A stretch of DNA of 64,000 bases. Source: Acanthaster planci (taxonomy: Eukaryota). Under the pieces are notes generated by a model. It was given only the letters and a program-made list of their open reading frames with translations, had not been told where the DNA came from and did no database searches. A program made the position numbers and the translations under genes. Of this stretch, positions 53,152 to 64,000 are shown in pieces (position 1 is the first letter of the stretch; each line of letters starts with the position of its first letter). The stretch spans positions 4,165,374-4,229,373 of the forward strand of contig NW_019091355.1 of the NCBI RefSeq assembly GCF_001949145.1, in the 5' to 3' direction.

Positions 53152-53354
53152 GATCTTGTATAAAACTACTAATGAATGCCGTGACAGCCTACCTCTACGC
53201 GGACGTTACCTAGCTATTTCCTCAAGGAATTCCGCATTTCCAAGAACTTGTTTGAGGGAATTCTACGTTTCCATTATTTTTTTTTTGGGGGGGGGGAGTG
53301 GATGGTCATCAAGCTTGCGTCGCCTGAGGGTTTTTAGACAATGTCGTCAGCGAA

Positions 53355-53439
53355 TACGGGCGATTCACAGTAGTGCGCCTCCACGAGTTTGCAACGCGTT
53401 GACCAATCACAGTGCGCGAAATCTGTCGACCCTTTCCAA
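53355..53439. mobile_element. Palindromic MITE family, copy 2 (left half only)
   Basis: TACGGGCGATTCACAG...ATCTGTCGACCCTTTCCAA, truncated at the centre. Confidence 0.85.
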
Positions 53440-55223
53440 TCGAGGCTTTTCAACCTGCAAGTGGATTAATACAGCGATCTCCCTTTTTCCAAATATTTTC
53501 CGAACGGTATTTCCTTAATTAACATTCAAAAGCTATCTTATGTTTCAGGGAGGAAAAATAGGTTCCATTAGGCTTGAATCTTGTTCTAGTTATGACAAGC
53601 GTTGGGATACCGGAAATCGCCGTGTCAGGGAACTAGACCAGTTTGTTGCAGATCGAAACTCCTCCGGGGGACACAAAAGTCTGCACTCAGATGCAATTCC
53701 GCTCGATGGACTTCGTTTACGGCAAGCAGACAATTTAGACGCCACTGCAACGCACGGGTTGTTCCCATCGGCCAGGAGATTTATGGAAAATACAGGAGCT
53801 TGAGCTGCCGCCATGTTGCCTGTAGGCTACCGGGCGCACCGGCGAGAATCTTGTGGAAATAGCTAAAGGGCGACAACAGTTGATGTGATGAGGAAAACGA
53901 TGAGAGCCAGAAGGACGAGAGTGAGTGCAGTGGTGATGGGGCCGTCGAAGGATGATCAGATGCTGATGATAAGGGCTGTTGAAAGCCACATGATGGAGAA
54001 GAGAGGCTGTTGGGGATGGAGCAAGTATGGAGCAAGATGATCAGAAGTTGGAGGTGGTTAGACGAATGGACACGATACGAATTTTGCTCCTTTGGTGTGA
54101 AACGGTGTATGGATTTCTGGTATAGACTCCCTCTCACATTGGCGTTATTTGTATGGGCAGCCAAAGTTTGTAGAAATATCACTCTAGCTCGGTGTCAGAA
54201 TTAACCTAAACATTTTGCCTCATTACTTTCATTATTTTATACAGTACTTAGAAGAAGTGTTTTATTACATGTTTTTAACAGCTGAATGAGATTTTTGAAC
54301 AGAGTGAGTAAGTTGCTTTTGTACTTGGGCAAAATAAGACTGTGCAGTAAAACAGCAGACCATATCCCAATTGAGTATATATTTATCTACCGGTTGTTTA
54401 TCAGGGACACCGGGTTGGAATTCTTGTCTTTGAAGCTGAATCTCTCTCTGAGTTTTAAAAAGGAAAAAAAAGAGGATGCTCGTTTTCGTCAAAATTGTTA
54501 TCAAAGGCACCCACCACGTCAGAATTACTGAGTGTCTGATAGATTTATGGGGTTTGAGACGCATATGACGTAGAAGCGCCCCCTCATCAGTTGAAAAGAG
54601 CCATGTTGGTGGGAGTGTTCATTTTTGTTGGTTGCGACGCGGCCATAACGCATATGTTTCATAGTTGTTTGTGAACCAGCAAAGTGCAGTTCTCACCAAA
54701 GGAGCCTCTGTTGCTGGGAAAACTGCACCCTCTCTTGGTCCAGCTCGGGGCTCATAAGGTACGCGGTGAATAAAAATAACTCTGGTTTTAACCCGAGGGA
54801 ATGGGTTAGCAGAAACGACCAGGAGAAGTTATCCATCATGTGTCCGATGCTTCCTGGTGCCGGAATGAATTTACGTAACACTGTGATTTATTGGAGGGAC
54901 TCGAGAAAGACAAATTGATGAAGAAATCGAGTAAAGCGGTGTCAACCGGACACAGGTCATTTTTTCCCCGCATATCCTGAGGCATGGTGACACAATTGTA
55001 TCACCGGAGTAGCGAACATCGCCCTGCAGGGCGGAGTCAGAATGTACGTCGCGGTCCGCAGAAGGTGTCACCATCAGCCCGCTTGTTGTTCGGCTCCAGT
55101 TCGGTGTCGCGCTGCAGCTTATTGAACCCGGCGGCGATGTGCCGACGCCAAACCAATCATCCCAAACGCTCCATGTTCAAAACGAATGTTAAAGTGAGAC
55201 GGGTCAACCAACTTCTTCGTTAA

Positions 55224-55395
55224 TACGGGCGATTCACAAGAGTGCACCTCCAAGAGTGTGCAACGCGTTGGCCAATCACAACGCGCGAAATCTGTCGACT
55301 CTTTCCAAACGCGCATTGGGTCGACAGATTTCGCGCACTGTGATTGGTCAACGCTTTGCGAACTCTCGCGGATGCACTATTATGAAACGCCCGTA
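55224..55395. mobile_element. Palindromic MITE family, copy 3 (full length)
   Basis: TACGGGCGATTCAC...GAAACGCCCGTA, flanked by TTAA / TTGA. Confidence 0.9.
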
Positions 55396-55403
55396 TTGAC
55401 TTC

Positions 55404-55667
55404 CATGATGTAGCTTGAAAGACTTTAGTGATACAGATAGCTAAATGGTGAAGGTGCGGGGGCATGATCCCCAGTAACTAGGGTAAATTTCTAGGGGTCT
55501 CCCGGGTGTGCTTAATACTTTTAAGGAGAGCACCAACAAGCCGATGAACCGCTGCTTGTACATAGGTTGTGTACATTTCGAGTGGGGGTAGGGGATGAGG
55601 GGAGTGGACCATCCCCAGGGGCACGTGTCCCTCCCTTCCTCCTCCCCTATACAGTTACACGCCACTG
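55404..55667. mobile_element. Decayed CAGTGGCG-type MITE
   Basis: 3' end ...CACGCCACTG, decayed 5' end CATGATGTAGC, and internal GGGGGCATGxTCCCCAG motif. It abuts palindromic MITE copy 3. Confidence 0.4.
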
Positions 55668-55947
55668 GCCTGAAACCCTATTCCTCTTGAGAACACAGAA
55701 ATAAGGTCTTGTTGACCTATTTGAATCCATAATCAAGCCAATGCAAGTTCCCCTTCCAAACCATGAGCCCAGCACCGCACAAATGATACATCGTTTCACA
55801 AATGATACATCGTCTGTGGCTTAACAAATTTTAAGGAGCGACGGTACTGTGATAAGGATTTGTGAACAATGTCACGTGAAGAATTTATGCGATACATCTT
55901 TAAGAAACACGTCATCACAGTATCTTTCAAAATTGTGAAGATCTCCC

Positions 55948-56097
55948 ATAGAGTACCGAAGTGTGACGTCACTGTGAACCAGAAAGTGCAGTGCAAACGA
56001 ATGGTGTACGCGCGCGTGTTGGTTCACGCGCTGGCTCTCGCGCTAATGCCTTTTACACACTAATTGTGTGCGTGACGTATTCACTTCGGTACTCTAT
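55948..56097. mobile_element. 150-bp MITE with perfect 16-bp terminal inverted repeat
   Basis: ATAGAGTACCGAAGTG (55948-55963) and CACTTCGGTACTCTAT (56082-56097), followed inward by ACGTCAC/GTGACGT. The terminal AT or TA may be the TSD. Confidence 0.85.
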
Positions 56098-57115
56098 ACG
56101 CTTGGTACAAAATGATAACATTCGATGAAACCTTGCATGAGCTTTGGATCCTCATAAAAATGGATGACTTTGCGCAAGGGAGCTATGCCTTGCAGCTATA
56201 AGGTTGAAGAACTATGCTACAGTCCATACAAAAAACCCAGGAACCCTTAAATGAGTGGGACGTGATAAGATCAAAAGTAAAGCCATGACTTCTTGCTATG
56301 GGGTCAGATAAAATATGGAAACGCATATTTTCCGAGAACCAGTTTCCCTCCACTAACTGGTCGTGAAAGAGAAAACAAATGTGACAAATTATAAGAGATG
56401 CAGTTAAGTCTACCAAAGTCCCACAGGCTGTCCTCAATAAAGTAGTTTTCAAAAAACGAACACAGGCTTCAGCGACATTTCAGGTTTCTATTAATAGAAA
56501 AACAAAAACACAAAACAAAAAGCAAAGGGGCCCCATCAAACGCCATATTAGTTTGAAATGAATATTTATATTACAACCATATACATGTAAGTTTACTTTC
56601 TATAGAATGTGAAAAAAATTGTTTGACATATAGATGTCAGAGAGATTTACCTTAGTCTACCTAAATATTAATTTATACCTCAACAACCCGATCTTGCATT
56701 TTAAACAACATCTCACCGTTTCATGAATATTCATATAAGTGAATGATCCTTCTGTTTTGCTCCTGCCTAATGCAGAAATCGAATCCCCAGTGGTTGATTT
56801 TTTTTTTTATTATTCGTTCGGGTAAACAAAATGCATGACTTGGAGCGATGAAGGGTTTAGAAAATCCCCGCTTCCTGTCAATTTATACTGAGTAGGGCCA
56901 GCTATCCCCTTGTGTCGGCACAGCGGCCGGACCATTTGTTATGAGGCACGCGGACCCGGCGGCAATACGGTCCCATTCTGTCGCCGCAGACTCATAATAT
57001 TTGACGGATTCATTGCTGGCGCTGACTGATAGAGTTATAAGCATATACTGTCATGTCCCAGACGCGAGACGAAGGTAAAATACGAGGGGAACATGAGGTG
57101 TGTGGCCGTTTCATG

Positions 57116-57798
57116 TTAAATAGTTTGGTCATGCATTTACATGTAATGAGAACAAAGCTTAAATGTTCATAATTCATTTTTTAAAAGTGGTGAAATTGTC
57201 AAGGCACCATACAAGACTACAGGAGTGAACTCCAAAATGCAGCCAAAAATCTCTAGTAATATTTTTCTACTTACGAAATGTTTGTCCACTTTTCCAACAG
57301 ACCTGAGGTGGTTTTCCTGCTGCCCCTGTTAATCTCATTATTCCGCTGTTATACTTCCACGGATGGACATTCATGTGGAATGAAACCTCGGTGTTATTTA
57401 AAAAAAAAAAATCTGGGAAGTAAGAGTGGGGGCGCTATTCCGTTTTTGCAACTCTCCGTCCAATGTAACTGCAAGAGCGGCTTGAAAGTCTAAAGTTGTT
57501 GTGAGCCGTTATGATTGTCATTAGTGTTTGAGTTTTTGTTTTCCTGCTAATGCAGTTTGCATATTCATGAGCAAAACTGTAATGTTGGAGTGTCTAATAC
57601 TTTACTGCAATAAAATTTCTTTGGCAATTTTGATATGGCAACAAGCCAGCGAACAATCTTTCGTCAGAAACGTTTTCAAAGAGCAAATTTTAATATTTAA
57701 ATAGTTTGGTCATGCATTTACATGTAATGAGAACAAAGCTCAAATGTTCATAATTCATTTTTTAAAAGTGGTGAAATTGTCAAGGCACCATACAAGAC
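57116..57798. repeat. Near-identical ~102-bp direct repeats (57116-57217 and 57697-57798)
   Basis: TTAAATAGTTTGGTCATGCATTTACATGTAATGAGAACAAAGCT...GGCACCATACAAGAC occurs twice, with one mismatch seen. Confidence 0.9.
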
Positions 57799-58066
57799 AT
57801 GAAAATATGTAAACTGATTTTTTTCTCTGATTTCGTCACAGCAACAGTGCCAACTCTTGTCCGGAAAAGCAAGGGCACTTTTTCAGTACAGTTACATCCA
57901 AAAGGATTTCGATTAGTTTCGGTACACTGACTGTAAAGATGCACAAAAAGTGAGTCTGAAAGGATTCATTGCATGGATCCTTTAAGCTGCTGGAAGTTAG
58001 GAAGATTTACACTGCTACAGCACCCATAGGTGGTGTCAAGAAATGACATGGATATTGTGCTGATAA

Positions 58067-58238
58067 TACTGGCGGTTCACGATAGGGCGCCTCCAAGAGT
58101 TTGCTACGCGTTGGCCAATCACAAAGCGCAAATTTTGTCGACCCAACGCGCGTTTGGCAAGGGTCGACAGATTTCGCGCGTTGTGATTAGCCAACGCGTT
58201 GCAAACTCTTGGAGGCGTACTATTTTGAATCGCCCGTA
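58067..58238. mobile_element. Palindromic MITE family, copy 4 (opposite orientation to copy 3)
   Basis: TACTGGCGGTTCAC...TGAATCGCCCGTA. The central spacer is inverted relative to copies 1-3. Confidence 0.9.
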
Positions 58239-60033
58239 TGAATAGACACTACACTCAGACAATTAAAATCCTGAATTGCACAAAACTATGTATAAAAGTT
58301 ATTTCATGGGCTCTTAAATGAAAGGTATATATTTGACGTGAACGCAACTGTACTTCCCCATGAAAGGGAATAAGAGCACGACCGAAGATCGAAACAAAAA
58401 ATAAGGCCACCGATTTACAATTGTGGCTGATCTAAACACAGGATATCTGAAAATTAACTTCTTTACAATTTAACGAGGCATGCCTGGCTAACGAATCAGG
58501 GGAGGATATTGGAGGTCGGGGAAAATATTTCCACAGGTTAACTTTAAAAAAAAACGGCCCTTACATAAACATTGTCACATAATTTTGTAACTGGCGACAA
58601 TTCATTTCAGTCCTTTCAGATTGGTACGCATTCTGAATAATTTGATGCAGAGGCTGTTCTCAGAATGTACAGTTTGCTTGCGTTGAACGTTGAGGGTGTG
58701 CAGTGGTTCCAAGAACACTGAAACACACGCACGTGGGACGTGTAAGAGGAAAAAAAAGATGTTTCAATCGATTTAGTTTTTGGAAACATCGAAATGACAA
58801 TGAGAACGGCAAGTCTGTTTCGTATAAGTGGGCCGAATAGTTGTTCGACCGACCGACTGAACCTGACTTGCCGTCGGAGAGTGTCACTTTGCCCTTGAAA
58901 TTCATGGCCTCCGTCCCCGCTATCAGACCAAATTCCAAAGTTACCAACCACAGATAGAAAGGCAAATAGAACCGACAAAAAGGAAGCAGAATTCAACGAG
59001 TGTGTTATTCTCCAACACGTATTATTGCCATGTTCGGGGGTTTCTAGGCACTCCAAAGAGTGTGTGTGCCGCGTTTGGGGGTAAAACAAGCAATTCTGCC
59101 GTTATCACGAACCCCAGTAAGTATGGAGGGTCTTTCGCAGGAAAACAAACGAATAATACCTTTAAAAATTAGATCAAAATTGATCATTAAATCAACGTAA
59201 ACGTGTTTCAGAGTTTTGTACTGAATTAAATGTTTTCCTATCTATGAGTACCATTGATATCATTTGATAAACACATCTCTGTGGTTCATAAAGACTTTCC
59301 TTGGACGAGCAGTCTGTTTTGTTTTTGTTTATTTGCGCTTGAAGCGCTCTTATGTCTCAAGAAGTGTAGAACTTCCTCATGCAAAGCTATCCAAATCCAA
59401 AAACGTGCCTCACTGAAAAATAATCCACAATTTTTACGTTTGTGGCTTCAAAGCCAATGGTAAAAAATTGTCATCCTGACCACAAGGCTCGCCATACCCA
59501 ATTAAAGACTATTTTTATGGCTCTTGTTTGTTAAAATGATTTCAGTTAACCTGGCGAGAAGAGGCTGAGGGGGTAAAAAAAGTTCTAATATTAGCATATT
59601 TGCTACTGGGGCTTCAGGATCACCCATCCTTTTCATGCAATTACTTTATTCACCCCATCTACACAGTCCGGACTCGTTCCTGACGATCTTTAACCTATTA
59701 TTCTGAATTGGCCTTTCCATTTTCCGTTGGGTCTTTTGAGGGTGATCTGCCTCTAACCGTGCGTATTTTAATTTCACTGTAAAAAACGTCATTGTAATGC
59801 AATCAGTTCTGGTCTCCTCCGGTCCAGTATTTTATACGGAATTGCGTGTAGGGTAAAAAAAAAGAGCGTAAAATTCCAGCAAATAATTCCACATAAGTGT
59901 TTTCTTTACACCGACCTAACTCTTTCTCTCCACATTTTGCTTGGCAACCTCTGCGCAAAATATATCATGGATACCACGCAAGATCGACCATTGGTTGGCT
60001 ACGATTGCTAATAGAAAAGAATTAACATTAAAA

Positions 60034-60398
60034 CAGTGGCGTAAATTTGTGCCAGAAATTGGGGTAGGGTTGAGGGGTGGGAAATTGTAGGGGGGGGGTG
60101 ACTTACCCGCCTTGGAAATTTTGAAAAGCGGGGGAGGGGGGCTGACACCATAATTTATGACTCTGTATAGGGAGCAATGTTCGTGACATGTACGCAATCA
60201 TGCATAATCTTACATCAGAACGGCATATTTATGTGTTTAGGTGATATGGAGAAAATTTGTTGTTGGGAAGTCCAAAAAATTCTTCACAATCCGCATTAAT
60301 TTTTCTAACCGCGAAGGGGCGGGGGTGATTCAACAGCCTACCCCCCCCAGTTAAAAAGCGGGGGATATATAATCCATCTCCCGGGATTTACACCCGTG
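60034..60398. mobile_element. hAT-like MITE
   Basis: Imperfect TIR CAGTGGCGTAAAT ... ATTTACACCCGTG and G-run-rich interior. Flanks CATTAAAA / TATTCAAA are 6/8 identical. Confidence 0.6.
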
Positions 60399-61214
60399 TA
60401 TTCAAACTTCCTAACATTCCTTAGCCGAAAAAGGGTCACAAAATATCGCTTGAGTGGAAATATGAAATTTAAAGGTGAATGGACATCCAGGTGATATTAT
60501 ATATGTAAAAACAATGGGTCTTTAAAAGTTCCTTAAAACCTGCCGTGGATCCTCGAATGTGGTTATCTTCAAAACACTTGCTACGGCCGTTGTGCGGAGA
60601 GGGTCCATTAACATTGTAAGGGGTGTGAAACGTTATCAAACGAACACGGAATGAAACGGACCGAAACGTATCGTGTACAAGGAAATGCGCATGATCAGCA
60701 TGCTTTGGTGATTGGTTGCTTTTTTCAGTATGGGACAGAGGACCAGTGAGCAAAAGTTTTCCTGAAATGTTTTCTATGAGTAAATTTAGCATTCACAAGT
60801 TGAACAAACAGAAAATTCTTACAAATGGAACGTATCCTAGAATGACATCACCACAGCAACAGCGCTGGATTTTTTTGTCGGCAAAAGCATGACAAAATTA
60901 TTCATAGTTATTATTAATTTTGTACCGACGTTTGAAGATGAATCGAAAAAATGAAATAATATACGTAATATGCAGTAAAATAAAGTAACACTTAATGCTA
61001 TTCGTGCATTACCCGAAGATTATATTAGAAACGATGTCATATTCTCGCAAAGAGATATTGTTCTACACAAATTTATGCATCTTGGCCAATCAAACATGCA
61101 CATTTCATGCACTGAAAAGATCGATGTATTTTAAGTACGAAATTTCGGAGGAAATTTAATTTTATTGGAATTTTTTATATCAGAAGTATGCCTGTCCAAT
61201 GTTATTTCAGCTGT

Positions 61215-61680
61215 GTCCGAGCACGATCGGTATTGGATCATATTGAACTGTATCAAAATAACAAGCGGCTTTAAGACCCAAGGAATAACCATTTGCAACT
61301 CGCAAGGCGAGATCAGTTATTTCCAACCGCACACAGTCCTACGGTGTATCGTTTAAACAAAAGTTAATTCATGGCAACAGTTAATACCAAGACAAGACAA
61401 TCACGGATTGCTTACCTACAGGAGGGAATCATCGCAGTATCGGGCCAACAATACGACATAAGAGCTCAACTTGACTCAAACTTGGCCGAACTAGCAACAC
61501 AACCGAGCCACATTACCACACATTCAACATGACTGTTCCTCCACTCAACATGAACAAATCGTCAACGTGTGTGCTATGGTTACCCAGCCGGCGACCATTA
61601 AAGAGAGGAACAAACCCGAAATAGTTTGGACTTCGGATTCAAAGAGTCAACACGCTGGTGCATCGGGTATCACCGCGGGT
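61215..61680 (+). mobile_element. Highly decayed Penelope-like element (linker/GIY-YIG region)
   Basis: Fragmentary translations in the expected order: RYWIIL; LFPTAHSPTVYRLNK; GQQYDIRAQL; KERNKPEIVW...SGI. These resemble the PLE C-terminal motifs KHWxIL, FxxPPxVAYRRxKNL, YxI and RxxxExxWIxxLxTxxPxGLN. The similarity is weak and judged by eye. Confidence 0.4.
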
Positions 61681-63491
61681 ACGTACAGGTACACTGCCTG
61701 CGAGATAACTGTGTTGACTTGCATTAAGGACAAAACGATGCATAACAGAAGGGCATGTCTCGATTGAATTATAGTCGCTCTCATTTTCGACCTTTGTGCC
61801 TCTTTCAAGGCTTCATTTTTGTCATAATTTGGGCAATTAGAGGTGTGCCATTTGTACCAATTTAGAAATGTTTACATCACAAAAACAACTGATTGCGCGA
61901 TGGCTTTCGAACTAGTGCATTTGATTCGCGGAGATCATGGATGTTGATTTCTTTTTTATCGATTCTTTTTATCTCGTACAGTATTAAACCAAACGGATTA
62001 TATACCGGACAAGTTTCTGAATAAACAAAAATACAGCAATTAGTGTTAAACACGTGAGTGTGTGATTCATGCTTGAGAGATGAGGAGGGTTGGGTGTCGA
62101 GATTGATAGGCATAACAGAGGACTGCATGGGGGCTGTGGGGGGGTTGCTGAGCGAGACAGGCGGGGAGTCGATTATATCTAATACAAGATCTTCTGCTAC
62201 TTAGAGCTTGGACTTGGAATGGGGAGAACCGTCCAGACAAGAACGGAGGAGGTGGATTTTGTAGAGATCTTTGGGAAGGATAGGTAGGCCCAATGTCATC
62301 CGCTGTTTAACTATAGAGCAGGGAACAGCGGAGCACGTGGCTCCTAAACAACTCGTCCACGCTCCCCACGCGAGCATTTATCACAAAGACTATAAATAAA
62401 GGGAAGAATGTCCAACCAATCCAGAGCCCGCTTATACCCATTACAAACTAATCCTTAAAGAGCCGCTCTTTTAACCATCTCACAGCCCACCCCAAGACAC
62501 TATTCCCAGGCCATTCTTACTGAAACTTGGCATGCATGTACAGACACTAATTACCAGTACAAAACAGTGACGTTTCGATTATATTGTATATCCAACATAA
62601 TCCTTTTGTCACTACGGTCATTTCTGACGTTCATGACCTCACGCGTCTGCCCGCGTGCATTGAGCCCATCAACAGGGCAAGAACGATTTTTGGCTAACGT
62701 GTCTCAGGAAAATGGGCGCTGTACAAGAGAACGGTATGTCTGATTTTCACTAAATATTATTTACAGAACGATGCTAATTAAGAAAAAACCCTTGAATGCT
62801 CCGAGAAATGTCAGGGGGAGGGGACAAATTCCGCCTCAGCTCTTTTAGGGATAAAAATCCTGAGGTCAAGAAACAAGGAGACGAGGAATGGAACGGGGTG
62901 GTGTGGCTCCAAAATAGAAGCAAATATAGGACAGCGAGGAGAGACATGGTGGAAAGAAACACAGACACAGTAGTGAGGCATCCAAGACAGGCCTGCTAAA
63001 TAGAGGCCGACATATCTGCTGATCATTTTTGATTTCGCATACGTTTTTTTATACATTATTTTAAAAAATGAACCAAAATGAAACCCACTTGGAGGTGAAT
63101 TAAATTCAAATCGAGGAGAAATGTGTGTGTGGGGGGAATCCATTCGGCTCAAAAACTGAGTTGATGTGACCAATATGAAAGTTTCATGTGAAAAAAAATT
63201 TGTTCAAACTAGTGAGTCCAAGAGGACTCAAAATCACGTGTTTTCGTCAGCACTGTCACAGAATAAACAAAGGTCAATTATTCTTGATGCACAGAATATT
63301 GGGCACATCAACGGTTCAGACAGATGCTGATTTTAAATGTACATTAGGGAACCACTTTGCATTTTCCAAATCTCACGCAATTTGTTTGACCGAATCTTTC
63401 TTACTAACAGGAAGCCCTTTTCACAAAGTGGTTTGCAATTAATTGAACTCAATTGAAACACAAGTGAATAATTAACACAACAGTTAGTTAA

Positions 63492-63656
63492 TACGGGCGA
63501 TTCACAATAGCCTCTAAGAGTTTGCAACGCATTGGCCAATCACCAATGCGTGTTTGGAAAGGGTCGACAGATTTCGTGCTTTGTTACCGGCCAACGTGTC
63601 GTAAACTTTTGGAGGCACCCTATTGTAAAAAGGAACAATAATTGTGAATTGCGCCG
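63492..63656. mobile_element. Palindromic MITE family, copy 5 (internally deleted)
   Basis: TTAA-TACGGGCGATTCACAATAG...GGAAAGGGTCGACAGATTTCG...TTGGAGG with a decayed 3' end. Confidence 0.8.
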
Positions 63657-64000
63657 GGAATGAACGAGAACTACGAGCAATGAGCTAAGAAATGATTACA
63701 TAAAGCAAACGTTAACAGCTGCGAGTAATATTCATTCTGATCATGCAATTACATTTATATCTAAAACTTGAGTATATACAAGCGAGTCACTTTACACGTG
63801 CTAAACAAAGTACATGTATGAGTATACAGTGCATGAAGTCAGAGAACAGTGTTTTGTATCAATACTATAAATACAAATTAATGATCAATCAATAATGTAA
63901 TCATTAACATTAATCTATCTCTATTGATCAGGTTCATGATTAAACATTCACCTTCCTTGCAACCTCCCCGTGTTATAAAATATAAAATGTTCAAAAAAGT

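Noticed and set aside
53590..53814. Minus-strand ORF MAAAQAPVFSINLLADGNNP... as a gene or LTR gag start
   Set aside because: Good start context, but no recognisable motif, splice donor or accompanying pol sequence.
54693..55200. CpG-rich segment with a minus-strand GTGAGA donor as a further PKG exon
   Set aside because: Motif-only evidence, too weak to list as a feature.

Overview
This is eukaryotic genomic DNA from an animal, probably a marine invertebrate (inferred from the repeat and SINE style). It has one assembly gap (10933-11629). Nearly all entries in the ORF track are spurious. The one clear protein-coding feature is a minus-strand exon for the N-terminal leucine zipper and autoinhibitory region of a cGMP-dependent protein kinase (PKG I / foraging type; CDS 44491-44211, phase-2 donor). 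Positions 1-44210 are therefore probably one very large intron, and I found no downstream PKG exon in the window. An upstream minus-strand exon (52218-51950) has good splice sites and joins the PKG exon in frame, predicting an N-terminally extended isoform starting Met-Gly. Between these two exons lies a decayed DIRS1-type tyrosine-recombinase retrotransposon (RT, RNase H, Dam-like methylase and YR fragments), interrupted by a hAT-like MITE. Other repeats include a ~170-bp palindromic MITE family (5 copies), further TIR elements, a tRNA-derived SINE, a probable Penelope-like relic and several tandem repeats. The most unusual signals are: (i) dense chains of TA-C(N)1-2G-TA modules (TACATGTA, TACCGGTA, TACAGTA...) that resemble accumulated Tc1/mariner excision footprints and nearly disappear upstream of the ~45 kb promoter; (ii) a minisatellite that forms three consecutive Su(H)/CSL paired sites; and (iii) a perfect RFX X-box and CTCF-like sites. 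All of this was read by eye with no database searches, so family assignments and gene models are hypotheses.
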